Shown: piece after piece, positions 1 through 9,754 of the stretch | How positions within the stretch are numbered: the stretch's first letter is position 1 | Layout: the number at the start of each line of letters is the position of its first letter | Source: Alphaproteobacteria bacterium | GTDB taxonomy: Bacteria; Pseudomonadota; Alphaproteobacteria; CACIAM-22H2 | NCBI GenBank assembly: GCA_016124335.1 | Contig: WGNX01000009.1 | Location: 101,658 to 165,657, forward strand | Reading direction: 5' to 3' | DNA length: 64,000 bases | Position numbers and translations under genes: made by a program | Notes under the pieces: model-generated | The model's database searches: none | Seen by the model: the letters and a program-made list of their open reading frames with translations, nothing else | Told to the model about the DNA's origin: nothing

Positions 1-97
1 TCGACGGCTTAGCATTCCGTTAACCGGCGGCCGTCTAGCGTCATGGTGCGGCTGCCAATACGCGTGGCACGCTCCAGCGACGTTGGCAGATGCAAAT

Positions 98-129
98 CCG
101 CCCCGACCGGCGATCGCCGGTCGGGGCGG
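98..129. terminator. Perfect 32-nt GC-rich palindrome (CCGCCCCGACCGGC-GATC-GCCGGTCGGGGCGG) followed by a T-containing tract; a terminator-like hairpin upstream of prfC, possibly bidirectional
   Basis: Read directly from the sequence: the 14-bp arms are exact reverse complements around a GATC loop, with TCCATTTCAAT downstream. Confidence 0.45.
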
Positions 130-221
130 TCCATTTCAATCGACTCATGTTCAACGATGCCACTTGCCGCTTGCGGCCGCCGGGCGTATGTCCCTGCGAC
201 CAGCAAACAGGGCACATCCGA

Positions 222-1805
222 TTGAGTACGCCATCTTCGTCCCACGCCTCGTCGCGCCGCACGTTCGCGATCATCTCGCACCCGGACGCCGGTAAAACCA
301 CTTTGACCGAAAAGCTGCTGCTTTTCGGCGGTGCCATCCGCATGGCCGGCCAGGTGAAGGCGCGCGGCGAACGTCGCCGCGCGCGCTCGGACTGGATGGC
401 GATCGAGCAGGCGCGCGGCATCTCCGTGACAAGCTCGGTGATGACGTTCGAGCACGACGGCACGACATTCAACCTGCTCGACACGCCCGGCCACGAGGAT
501 TTCAGCGAAGATACCTATCGGACGCTGACGGCCGTCGATTCGGCGGTGATGGTCATCGATGCGGCAAAGGGCATCGAATTGCAGACCAAGAAGCTGTTCG
601 AAGTCTGCCGCCTGCGCGACATCCCCATCAGCGTGTTCGTCAACAAGGTCGATCGCGAGGGGCGTGATCCGTTCGACCTGCTCGACGAGATCGAGAAGAC
701 CCTGCAGCTCGATGTCAGTCCGTTCGTCTGGCCTGTCGGCATGGGCTCGGATTTTCACGGCTGCTTCGATCTGCGTTCAAACCGCTTCCTGACCGGCAAG
801 CCAGGCGGCGGCTTCGAGCGGACGGTGGAAACGACCGGCCCCGACGATACGGCACTCGACGCGCTCGTCGCCGAACGGCCTTTGCGCGAATTCCGCGAAG
901 CGGCGGCGCTTGCACTTTCGGCCTATCCGGTGCTCGATCTCGAGGCCTATCGCGCGGGGAACATGACGCCGGTCTTCTTCGGCAGCGCGCTCAAGGACTA
1001 CGCCGTCGGCTCATTGATCGAAGGCCTGGCGGAGTTCGCCCCACCGCCGCGCCCGCAGCCGGCCGAACCCCGGGAGGTCGACCCCGGCGAGGAACGCGTG
1101 GCGGGATTCGTGTTCAAGGTCCAGGCGAACATGGATCCCAATCATCGCGACCGCATCGCGTTTTTCCGCATCTGCTCGGGCCGGTTCCGGCGCGGCATGA
1201 AATTGACGCAAGTGCGCACCGGCAAGGCGATCGCGATCCACAGCCCGATCTTCTTTTTCGCACAGGAGCGCGAAATCGCGGACGAGGCCTTGCCCGGCGA
1301 CATCATCGGCATTCCCAATCACGGCACGTTGCGCGTGGGCGACACGCTGACCGAGGGCGAAACGTTGCGCTTTACGGGCATCCCCAATTTCGCGCCCGAA
1401 ATCCTGCGTCGCGTGCGCCTCGACGATCCGATCAAAGCCAAGCAGCTGCGCCGGGCGCTTGAAGATCTCGCCGAAGAGGGTGTCACGCAGGTGTTTCGCC
1501 CGATCCTCGGATCGCAATGGATCGTCGGCGTCGTCGGCCCGCTCCAGATCGAAGTGCTCGCCTCCCGCATCGCGGCTGAATATGACGTCAAGGTCGGCTT
1601 CGAACCGGCGCCGTTCGAAACCGCGCGTTGGGTTACAGGCACGGATGGCGCGCAGGTGAAGAAATTCGTCGACGCCAATCGGGGAAGCATTGCCGAAGAC
1701 CGCGACGACGCGCCGGTGTTTCTCGCGCGCAACGCCTGGGAACTCAACCGGACAACGCAGGACTGGCCGGATCTGACCTTCCGGACGACGCGCGAACGCG
1801 GCTAG
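222..1805 (+). CDS. prfC: Peptide chain release factor 3 (translational GTPase)
   Basis: The N-terminus after an in-frame TTG at 222 reads STPSSSHASSRRTFAIISHPDAGKTTLTEKLLLFGG, with the AISHPDAGKTT G1 motif, DTPGHEDF G3 and NKVDR G4. That gives a length of about 527 aa, typical of RF3. The track ORF 90..1805 over-extends the 5' end. Confidence 0.9.
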   Translation: MSTPSSSHASSRRTFAIISHPDAGKTTLTEKLLLFGGAIRMAGQVKARGERRRARSDWMAIEQARGISVTSSVMTFEHDGTTFNLLDTPGHEDFSEDTYRTLTAVDSAVMVIDAAKGIELQTKKLFEVCRLRDIPISVFVNKVDREGRDPFDLLDEIEKTLQLDVSPFVWPVGMGSDFHGCFDLRSNRFLTGKPGGGFERTVETTGPDDTALDALVAERPLREFREAAALALSAYPVLDLEAYRAGNMTPVFFGSALKDYAVGSLIEGLAEFAPPPRPQPAEPREVDPGEERVAGFVFKVQANMDPNHRDRIAFFRICSGRFRRGMKLTQVRTGKAIAIHSPIFFFAQEREIADEALPGDIIGIPNHGTLRVGDTLTEGETLRFTGIPNFAPEILRRVRLDDPIKAKQLRRALEDLAEEGVTQVFRPILGSQWIVGVVGPLQIEVLASRIAAEYDVKVGFEPAPFETARWVTGTDGAQVKKFVDANRGSIAEDRDDAPVFLARNAWELNRTTQDWPDLTFRTTRERG

Positions 1806-2224
1806 GCCTGCGGGCGCGCACCGGCCGCGGGCGGCACTTCGCTTTTCTTGATTTCGGCGACGGTTCCGGTGATGTACTCGATCGGAACGCTCGCGACGAT
1901 GCCTTCCGACGGCATCGAGATCATGAACGCGATCTGCCCGCCCACATTCACGAGATTCTTTTTCGATTTCATCGGCAGCGGAATTTTCCGCTTGCGGCAC
2001 AGCATGATGAGGGCAGCGGTCATCTGCGCGTCCTCCATGATGAAAGTCGCGCTATCGCCGTCCTTCTTCTTCACTTCGATCTTGAACGAGAGCCGGTCGC
2101 GGTCGATGGTCAATTTGGTCGCACGGCCATTGGGCGGCGGCTCGCCTTGCGTCCGCTTCCAGTCGAACGCGGCTGCCACGAGATCGATATTCTCGAAAAA
2201 GATGACCCGGTATTCGCTGGCCAC
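1802..2224 (-). CDS. Hypothetical small protein (140 aa), possibly PilZ-like; lower GC than its surroundings
   Basis: A clean ORF with lysine-rich, lower-GC codon usage, convergent with prfC and sharing its stop by 4 nt. The RKRK ... NVGG spacing weakly recalls PilZ. No confident family. Confidence 0.4.
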   Translation of the reverse strand: MASEYRVIFFENIDLVAAAFDWKRTQGEPPPNGRATKLTIDRDRLSFKIEVKKKDGDSATFIMEDAQMTAALIMLCRKRKIPLPMKSKKNLVNVGGQIAFMISMPSEGIVASVPIEYITGTVAEIKKSEVPPAAGARPQA

Positions 2225-2262
2225 GCGCTTTCCACCCCCGCCTGATCCGCCAAACCACTATC

Positions 2263-3168
2263 ATGGAACGCGGATTTTGGCATCTGCCGGGGCCCTCGCT
2301 TCGGGCAAGTAGTGCGTCTAATGTCCGGTCTGGGGCAGCGATTGAACCGATGAAATCCGGCGAACCCGAATTCCACTGCACGGCGACACTGACGGCAAAC
2401 GAAGGTCGCGAACGGCTGGCAACGCGCAGTTTTTCGGCGGTCGACACAGCTGCCGACTGGGCCATGGCAACGGCTGGCCGTCTGAAAACGGCTCTCGGCG
2501 GCGCCTATGGCCAGGTGGAGCAAAGCCTCGGCATCGTCATCGAGGGCCGCCTTTCGAGCGAGCAGCAGGGCCGCGCCACGGTTGTCTTTCAGGGGACGCT
2601 TGCCGAAGCGGAAGCCGGGCTTGCCGGCCAGATCGAGCATTTCCGTTCGATCTTGCTTCCGCGAATCCGGGCCAACGCGACCGAGCGCCAGCGCGCCAAA
2701 CGGTCGAAAGCGACACGAACCGTTGGTCTTTTTGCGGGCGTCGCGGCATTCGCGGCAGTTGCGTACGGCGTCTATCTTTACGTGCCACCGTTTCTCGATC
2801 CTGATCGGGCGGCCGAGGCGATCTTGTCGAGACCGCCGGCCGACGTCGTCGGCCGGTGGGCGCTCGGGCGAAATGCCGCGAATTGCGAGACGAACTATGT
2901 CGAATTCGCCGCGGGCCGATACGAAGCGATGGTGGGTGGGAACCGCCAGCGGTTCGCTGCGGCATATTCGCAGCCGAGCGACGATTCCATGCGCGTCGAA
3001 TATGCCGAAGGCGGCATCCGCCTTGCGCAGGTCTTCAAGCGATCTGCGGAAACCGGACGGCTGACGATCGTCTCGGTCCAGTCGAGCATGGCCGAGATCG
3101 AAAATGCCGCCAAGCGGGCGGTGGGAACACAGCTCACCAAATGTCCGGAACCGCCGGCGGCGCGTTAG
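2263..3168 (+). CDS. Hypothetical membrane-anchored protein (one predicted TM helix, VGLFAGVAAFAAVAYGVYLYV)
   Basis: A 301-aa ORF with coding-like composition; the start could instead be the internal ATG at 2350. No recognisable catalytic motif. Confidence 0.4.
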   Translation: MERGFWHLPGPSLRASSASNVRSGAAIEPMKSGEPEFHCTATLTANEGRERLATRSFSAVDTAADWAMATAGRLKTALGGAYGQVEQSLGIVIEGRLSSEQQGRATVVFQGTLAEAEAGLAGQIEHFRSILLPRIRANATERQRAKRSKATRTVGLFAGVAAFAAVAYGVYLYVPPFLDPDRAAEAILSRPPADVVGRWALGRNAANCETNYVEFAAGRYEAMVGGNRQRFAAAYSQPSDDSMRVEYAEGGIRLAQVFKRSAETGRLTIVSVQSSMAEIENAAKRAVGTQLTKCPEPPAAR

Positions 3169-3574
3169 ACCGTCCGTATCGCTCGATCAGGTGAATCACC
3201 GTATCCGGCCGGGCGATCGGCGGAACGTGTCCGCAGACCGACCACCAGTCATGGGAGCCGGCTCCGGACTGTCGACAATGCGGGATTTTTCCGCCGGCAT
3301 GGGCAGGATGACCGGAATTTCATCGGAAATCGGCCGAGGCAAGGCGGTAGCCGTCCGGCTACCGGCATTGCAGGACGCGGCTCCGGATGGGGCCAAATCG
3401 GCCGAAAATCCGGCCAACAGTCGGCATTCGCTTCGAAATCCGCCGTTCCCGGCCACCGCGGGAAGGGCCCGGCCACCGAATCCCGCCCCGACAGCGGCAA
3501 TACGGCTTTTGTTGCGCGTTTCGGGCCAAATCTATAAAGACGTAGGCTCTAGTTCTACTTTCAGGAGCGATTAG

Positions 3575-3784
3575 ATGCCCGTCGGTAAGGTCAAGTGGTT
3601 CAATGGCACCAAAGGTTACGGCTTTATCCAGCCGGAAAGCGGCGGTGCGGACGTGTTCGTGCATATCTCGGCGGTCGAGCGCGCCGGGCTTCGCGGGCTC
3701 AATGAAGGCCAGAAGGTGTCGTACGAAGAAAAGCCCGACCCCAAGAAGGGCAAGACGGCGGCGGACAACCTGAAGCTGGTCTGA
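3575..3784 (+). CDS. cspA: Cold-shock protein, CspA family
   Basis: [34 protein letters not shown] carries the RNP1/RNP2 motifs; 69 aa. Confidence 0.95.
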   Translation: MPVGKVKWFNGTKGYGFIQPESGGADVFVHISAVERAGLRGLNEGQKVSYEEKPDPKKGKTAADNLKLV

Positions 3785-3864
3785 CGACGGTTCCCCGAAC
3801 GCGCGGAACCGAAGCGCTGCGGCTACAGCCCGGCGCCCTCCTTCCGATCGTGGGCATTGTTCGT

Positions 3865-3905
3865 GCGCGCCTCGCTCCTGCCGGAGCGGGGCGCGTTGCG
3901 TTTAT
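3865..3905 (+). terminator. Candidate intrinsic terminator downstream of the csp gene
   Basis: An imperfect GC-rich inverted repeat GCGCGCCTCGCTCC-TGCC-GGAGCGGGGCGCG, followed by TTGCGTTTAT. Confidence 0.35.
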
Positions 3906-3992
3906 GGGCCCATGCATGGCGCCGTCTTGATCGATCCGGCGCCGGTGTGACAGACAGTATGCGCACGCCCGCACCCTCAGCATGGATGTAGG

Positions 3993-5209
3993 ATGACGCA
4001 GAAAGTCGATCGAGTCTGGTCGAACGCACGTCTGCTGACCGTTGCGGCCGGCGGCCCGAACAACATCGAAGGCGGTGTCGTCGCGTGTCGCGCGGGGCGC
4101 ATCGTTTATGCCGGGTCGCAAGCGGATGCGCCGGCCATGGACGCGCCCGTGCGTACCGATTGCGACGGCCGCTGGATCACGCCCGGCCTCATCGACTGCC
4201 ACACCCACCTTGTTTATGCCGGCGATCGCGCGGGCGAATTCGAAATGCGCCTCGAGGGCGCCACCTACGAGCAGATATCCAAAGCCGGCGGCGGCATTGC
4301 TTCGACCGTGCGCGCCACGCGCGCGGCAAGCGAGGACACGCTCGTCCGCCAGTCGCTCGCCCGGCTCGACCGGCTGCTGGCCGAAGGGGTCACGACGGTC
4401 GAGATCAAATCCGGATACGGGCTCGACACCGAAACGGAAGCGCGGATGCTGCGTGCGGCGCGCAAGCTCGGTGCGGCGCGCGACGTGAGCATCCGCACCA
4501 CGTTTCTGGGCGCTCATGCGATGCCGCCCGAATCCCCTGGCGACAAGGATGCCTATATCGCGCGCGTCTGCGAGGAGATGCTCCCCGCGATCGCGCGCGA
4601 AGGGCTTGCCGACGCGGTCGACGGCTTCTGCGAGGGGATTGCCTTTTCGCCCGCGCAGATCGAGCGTTTATTTTCCGTGGCCGGACGGCTCGGCCTCGCG
4701 GTCAAACTTCACGCCGACCAGCTTTCCGATCTTGGTGGCGCGGCGCTTGCGGCACGCCATCGCGCGCTATCGGCAGATCATCTCGAATGGACCAGCGAGG
4801 CGGGTGCCGCCGCCATGGCCGCGGCCGGGACCGTCGCCGTGCTGCTGCCCGGCGCATTCTACGTGCTTCGCGAAACGCGCCTGCCGCCGGTCGAAGCGCT
4901 GCGCCGTCACGGCGTGCCGATCGCGGTCTCGACAGACTGCAACCCCGGAACGTCGCCGATGACTTCGCTCCTGCTCGCGATGAACATGGCCGCGACGTTC
5001 TTCCGACTGACGGTCGCCGAATGCATCGCAGGCGTCACGCGCGAGGCGGCACGAGCGCTCGGCATTGCGGACGATGCAGGAACGCTCGAAGCGGGAAAGT
5101 CCTGCAATCTCGCGATCTGGAACATCGAGCAGCCGGCCGAACTCGTCTACCAGATCGGCTTCAATCCGCTCCATGCACGGGTCTGGCACGGTACGCAATC
5201 GGAGGAATC

Positions 5210-5213
<4 letters not shown>
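3993..5213 (+). CDS. hutI: Imidazolonepropionase
   Basis: Amidohydrolase metal ligands DCHTHLVY and KLHADQL, 406 aa; its stop overlaps the hutU start (ATGA). Confidence 0.9.
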
Positions 5214-6874
<1,661 letters not shown>

Positions 6875-6962
6875 ACGCGCCTGCGCGGCAAGACGCTTGC
6901 AGGGTTAACGATCCGCACGCACTCTGGCGTTCCGGATCGTCAAACCCTCGGGGGGTCTCGCC

Positions 6963-8504
6963 ATGCGCATCCGTCTTGCTCTGTTCGCGGTCCTGCTGGC
7001 CTGTGCCGGCGAAGCATCGGCAGCCGATCTTCGCGTCGGCGTGGCGAGCGAGCCGACCTATATCGACCCGCACGCCCAGGAACTCGGCGTCAATATCGAC
7101 GTGCGCATGCACATCTTCGACTCGCTCGTGCGAATCGGCGACCGCGAAGAACTGCTTCCCGGTCTCGCCGAAAGCTGGCGGCTGGCCGAAGCCCCGCTGG
7201 TGTGGGAGTTCAAGCTGCGCGCCGGCGCGGTCTTCCATGACGGCGCACCGGTCACGGCCGAAGATGCCGCCTTCTCGATCGCGCGCGCACCGGCGGTGCC
7301 TGGCGCACCTTCCACCTACAGCCGGCACCTGCGAAGCATCGACAAGGTGGAGGTCGTCGATGCATTGACGCTTCGCGTGCGCACGAAGATGCCCAACCCG
7401 CTTCTGCCTGCAAACCTTGCCCATATTGCGGTCGTCGACCGTCGCATCGGCCCGAATGCCGCGCCAAGCGCCTTTCTATCCGGTGCCGCGGCAAACGGCA
7501 CCGGCCCGTACCGGTTCGTCGAATTCGTGCCGGGCGAGCGGCTCGTTCTTCAGGCGAACCCGCGTTATTGGGGACCAAAACCGCGCTGGGACCGCGTGAC
7601 GTTTCGTGCGCTCAAGACGCCGGCCGCCAGGCTTGCCGCGCTTTTGACAGGCGAAGTCGACGCGATCAGCGAAGTCCCGACGAACGATGTCGAGAAACTT
7701 TCGCACGACAAGCGCTTCGTGCTTTCCAAAGGCGTGTCGAACCGCATCATGTTCTGGGCGATGGATACGTCGCGCGAAACGACACCGTTTGCGACCGCAC
7801 GCGACGGCAAGCCCATCGCCAACCCGTTCCGAGACAAGCGTGTGCGCGAAGCCGTGGCGCTGGTCATCGACAAGCCTGCACTTGTCGACCGGCTGATGGA
7901 GGGGCTGGCCGTCGTCGCGAACCAGATCCCGCTCGAAGGCCATAACGGCTACATCGCGAACCTGAACACGCCGAAGGCCGATCTGCCGCGTGCGCGCAAG
8001 CTGATGGCCGAGGCCGGCTATGCCGACGGCTTCAAGCTCACCATCCACACGACGAACGGCCGCTACGTCAACGACGTGAACCTGGCGCAGGCCGTCGCGC
8101 AGATGCTTTCCCGCCTCAACATCGAAGTGTCCGTCCAGCCCATGCAGGTCGCGACCTATTTCACGCAGGCGCGGAACCGCGAATTCACGTTCCTTCAGGT
8201 CGGCTGGGGCCACAGTTCGACCGACCCGCTCCTCGTCATGCGCGAGACTTTCCATTCGAAGGCGGCGAACAACTATGGCAGCTGGTCGAACGCGACTGTC
8301 GACCGGCTCCTCGATACCGCCGAGACCGAACTGGACTTCGCCAAGCGTCAGGAGGAAATCGCCGAAGTCACCCGCATATCGAATGCCGAAGCCGTGATCG
8401 TTCCCACGCACTATCAGGTCAATGTCTGGGTCTCGAAGCGTGGCATCCGCTACGTGCCGCGGCGCGACGAGACGACGCTGGCCGACAATTTCCGCGCCGA
8501 ATAG
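6963..8504 (+). CDS. ABC transporter substrate-binding protein, family 5 (peptide/nickel/opine type), orphan with no adjacent permease or ATPase
   Basis: Signal peptide MRIRLALFAVLLACAGEASA; 513 aa with SBP_bac_5-like composition. No other transporter genes sit beside it. Confidence 0.8.
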   Translation: MRIRLALFAVLLACAGEASAADLRVGVASEPTYIDPHAQELGVNIDVRMHIFDSLVRIGDREELLPGLAESWRLAEAPLVWEFKLRAGAVFHDGAPVTAEDAAFSIARAPAVPGAPSTYSRHLRSIDKVEVVDALTLRVRTKMPNPLLPANLAHIAVVDRRIGPNAAPSAFLSGAAANGTGPYRFVEFVPGERLVLQANPRYWGPKPRWDRVTFRALKTPAARLAALLTGEVDAISEVPTNDVEKLSHDKRFVLSKGVSNRIMFWAMDTSRETTPFATARDGKPIANPFRDKRVREAVALVIDKPALVDRLMEGLAVVANQIPLEGHNGYIANLNTPKADLPRARKLMAEAGYADGFKLTIHTTNGRYVNDVNLAQAVAQMLSRLNIEVSVQPMQVATYFTQARNREFTFLQVGWGHSSTDPLLVMRETFHSKAANNYGSWSNATVDRLLDTAETELDFAKRQEEIAEVTRISNAEAVIVPTHYQVNVWVSKRGIRYVPRRDETTLADNFRAE

Positions 8505-8505
8505 C

Positions 8506-9570
8506 TCAGGCGAACAGCGATTTCTCGTCGATTTCGCACGCAAGGCGATAAAGATAATCGCCGCGCCTCACGAGTGCGGGCACGCGCTTGACCAGTACGA
8601 TCCCGTCGTGCGCGAACTCGGCCGCAAGTGACGGACGATCGAGTTCACCGAGCGGATGCACGTAACCGGCCAGCGTACCCTTGCGCACTTCGGCGCCCAC
8701 CTCGTGGAGCGGTTCGAAAATGCCATCGGTCGGCGACATGACCGACGATTGGGCACCCAGCGGCGACACGAGCCGGGTCGAATGCATATGCCCGGCAGGC
8801 GCTTCGCCATCCATGACGCCAAAATGCACGAGGAGCCGCGTTAGGCCGGCCCGTCCGATCTCGAGTGCCGCCGGATCGATCGTGCCGCCGCCGGCAAGCT
8901 CGGTCGAGATCATCGGCACGCCCAGCCGATCGCAGGCCGCCGACATCGAGCGGCTGTCCGAAGTGGCCTTCGCGCAGACGGTATAGGGCGCGCCGAACGC
9001 GCGCGCGCCGGCCAGCTTGCGGCGCAGCAGATCGGCCCCGCCGCCGCAATGGAGATAGACGCTCGGCGCATAGACGGTGGCGCTGCCGCCCGAGTGGATG
9101 TCGACCGCACCCTGCGACATCGCCAACAGGACGGTCTCGGCATAGTGCGCGATCGCTGCGGTGGGCGAGCCGTCGGCGTCACCTGGAAAAGCCCTGTTCA
9201 GATTGCCGTCATCGAGCGGGGAAACGCGCGCGGCGGCCAGGACTGCCGGATAGTTGAGTGCCGGAAGCACGATAAGCCGGCCTCGCACGCGTTTGGGGTC
9301 GAGCGTCCGGGCAAGGCGATGCAGCAAAGCCTGCCCTTCATACTCGTCGCCATGATTGCCCGCCGTAAGCAGAATTGTCGGCCCCGCACCGTTCGCGATG
9401 ACGGCAATCGGGATCGGGATCGTGCTGAATGCGTGGCGGTTGTCGGAATGGATCAGCCGCAGGTAGCCCAGCTGCCGGCCCGGCCTGTCATATTCGATAT
9501 CGGTGGTAATGCGTGTCGGCGTTAGGCCCATGGCTCCATCTCCGGCGCTGGTCGCCTGCCGAGCGTACAT
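8506..9570 (-). CDS. Succinylglutamate desuccinylase/aspartoacylase (M14-like zinc carboxypeptidase) family protein
   Basis: GNHGDEYEG zinc-binding motif and ...IHSGG; the start may instead be the internal ATG at 9531. Confidence 0.75.
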   Translation of the reverse strand: MYARQATSAGDGAMGLTPTRITTDIEYDRPGRQLGYLRLIHSDNRHAFSTIPIPIAVIANGAGPTILLTAGNHGDEYEGQALLHRLARTLDPKRVRGRLIVLPALNYPAVLAAARVSPLDDGNLNRAFPGDADGSPTAAIAHYAETVLLAMSQGAVDIHSGGSATVYAPSVYLHCGGGADLLRRKLAGARAFGAPYTVCAKATSDSRSMSAACDRLGVPMISTELAGGGTIDPAALEIGRAGLTRLLVHFGVMDGEAPAGHMHSTRLVSPLGAQSSVMSPTDGIFEPLHEVGAEVRKGTLAGYVHPLGELDRPSLAAEFAHDGIVLVKRVPALVRRGDYLYRLACEIDEKSLFA

Positions 9571-9754
9571 GCAATTGGGAAGGAAGGAATACCGGCGCGC
9601 ATATGAGACACCTTAATCGGCGCATGAAGGTCGCGCCGGATTCATGAATACCTTCAACCTTTTTGGCTTGCGGGCACGCTTGTGAAGGTTCGTAATTTCG
9701 GCTGGCACAAAGCCTGCAGAATTCGAAGGCTTCACCGCCAGCCAGGAAGCCAGA

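Noticed and set aside
9-758. 249-aa minus-strand ORF antisense to prfC, and many similar long antisense or alternate-frame ORFs (e.g. 5147..6841, 9488..12133, 11976..13073, 12764..14380, 17759..19543, 54838..55377)
   Set aside because: High-GC DNA generates long stop-free frames on the non-coding strand. These overlap confidently identified genes, translate to Arg/Ala/Gly/Pro-rich low-complexity sequence, and lack recognisable motifs.
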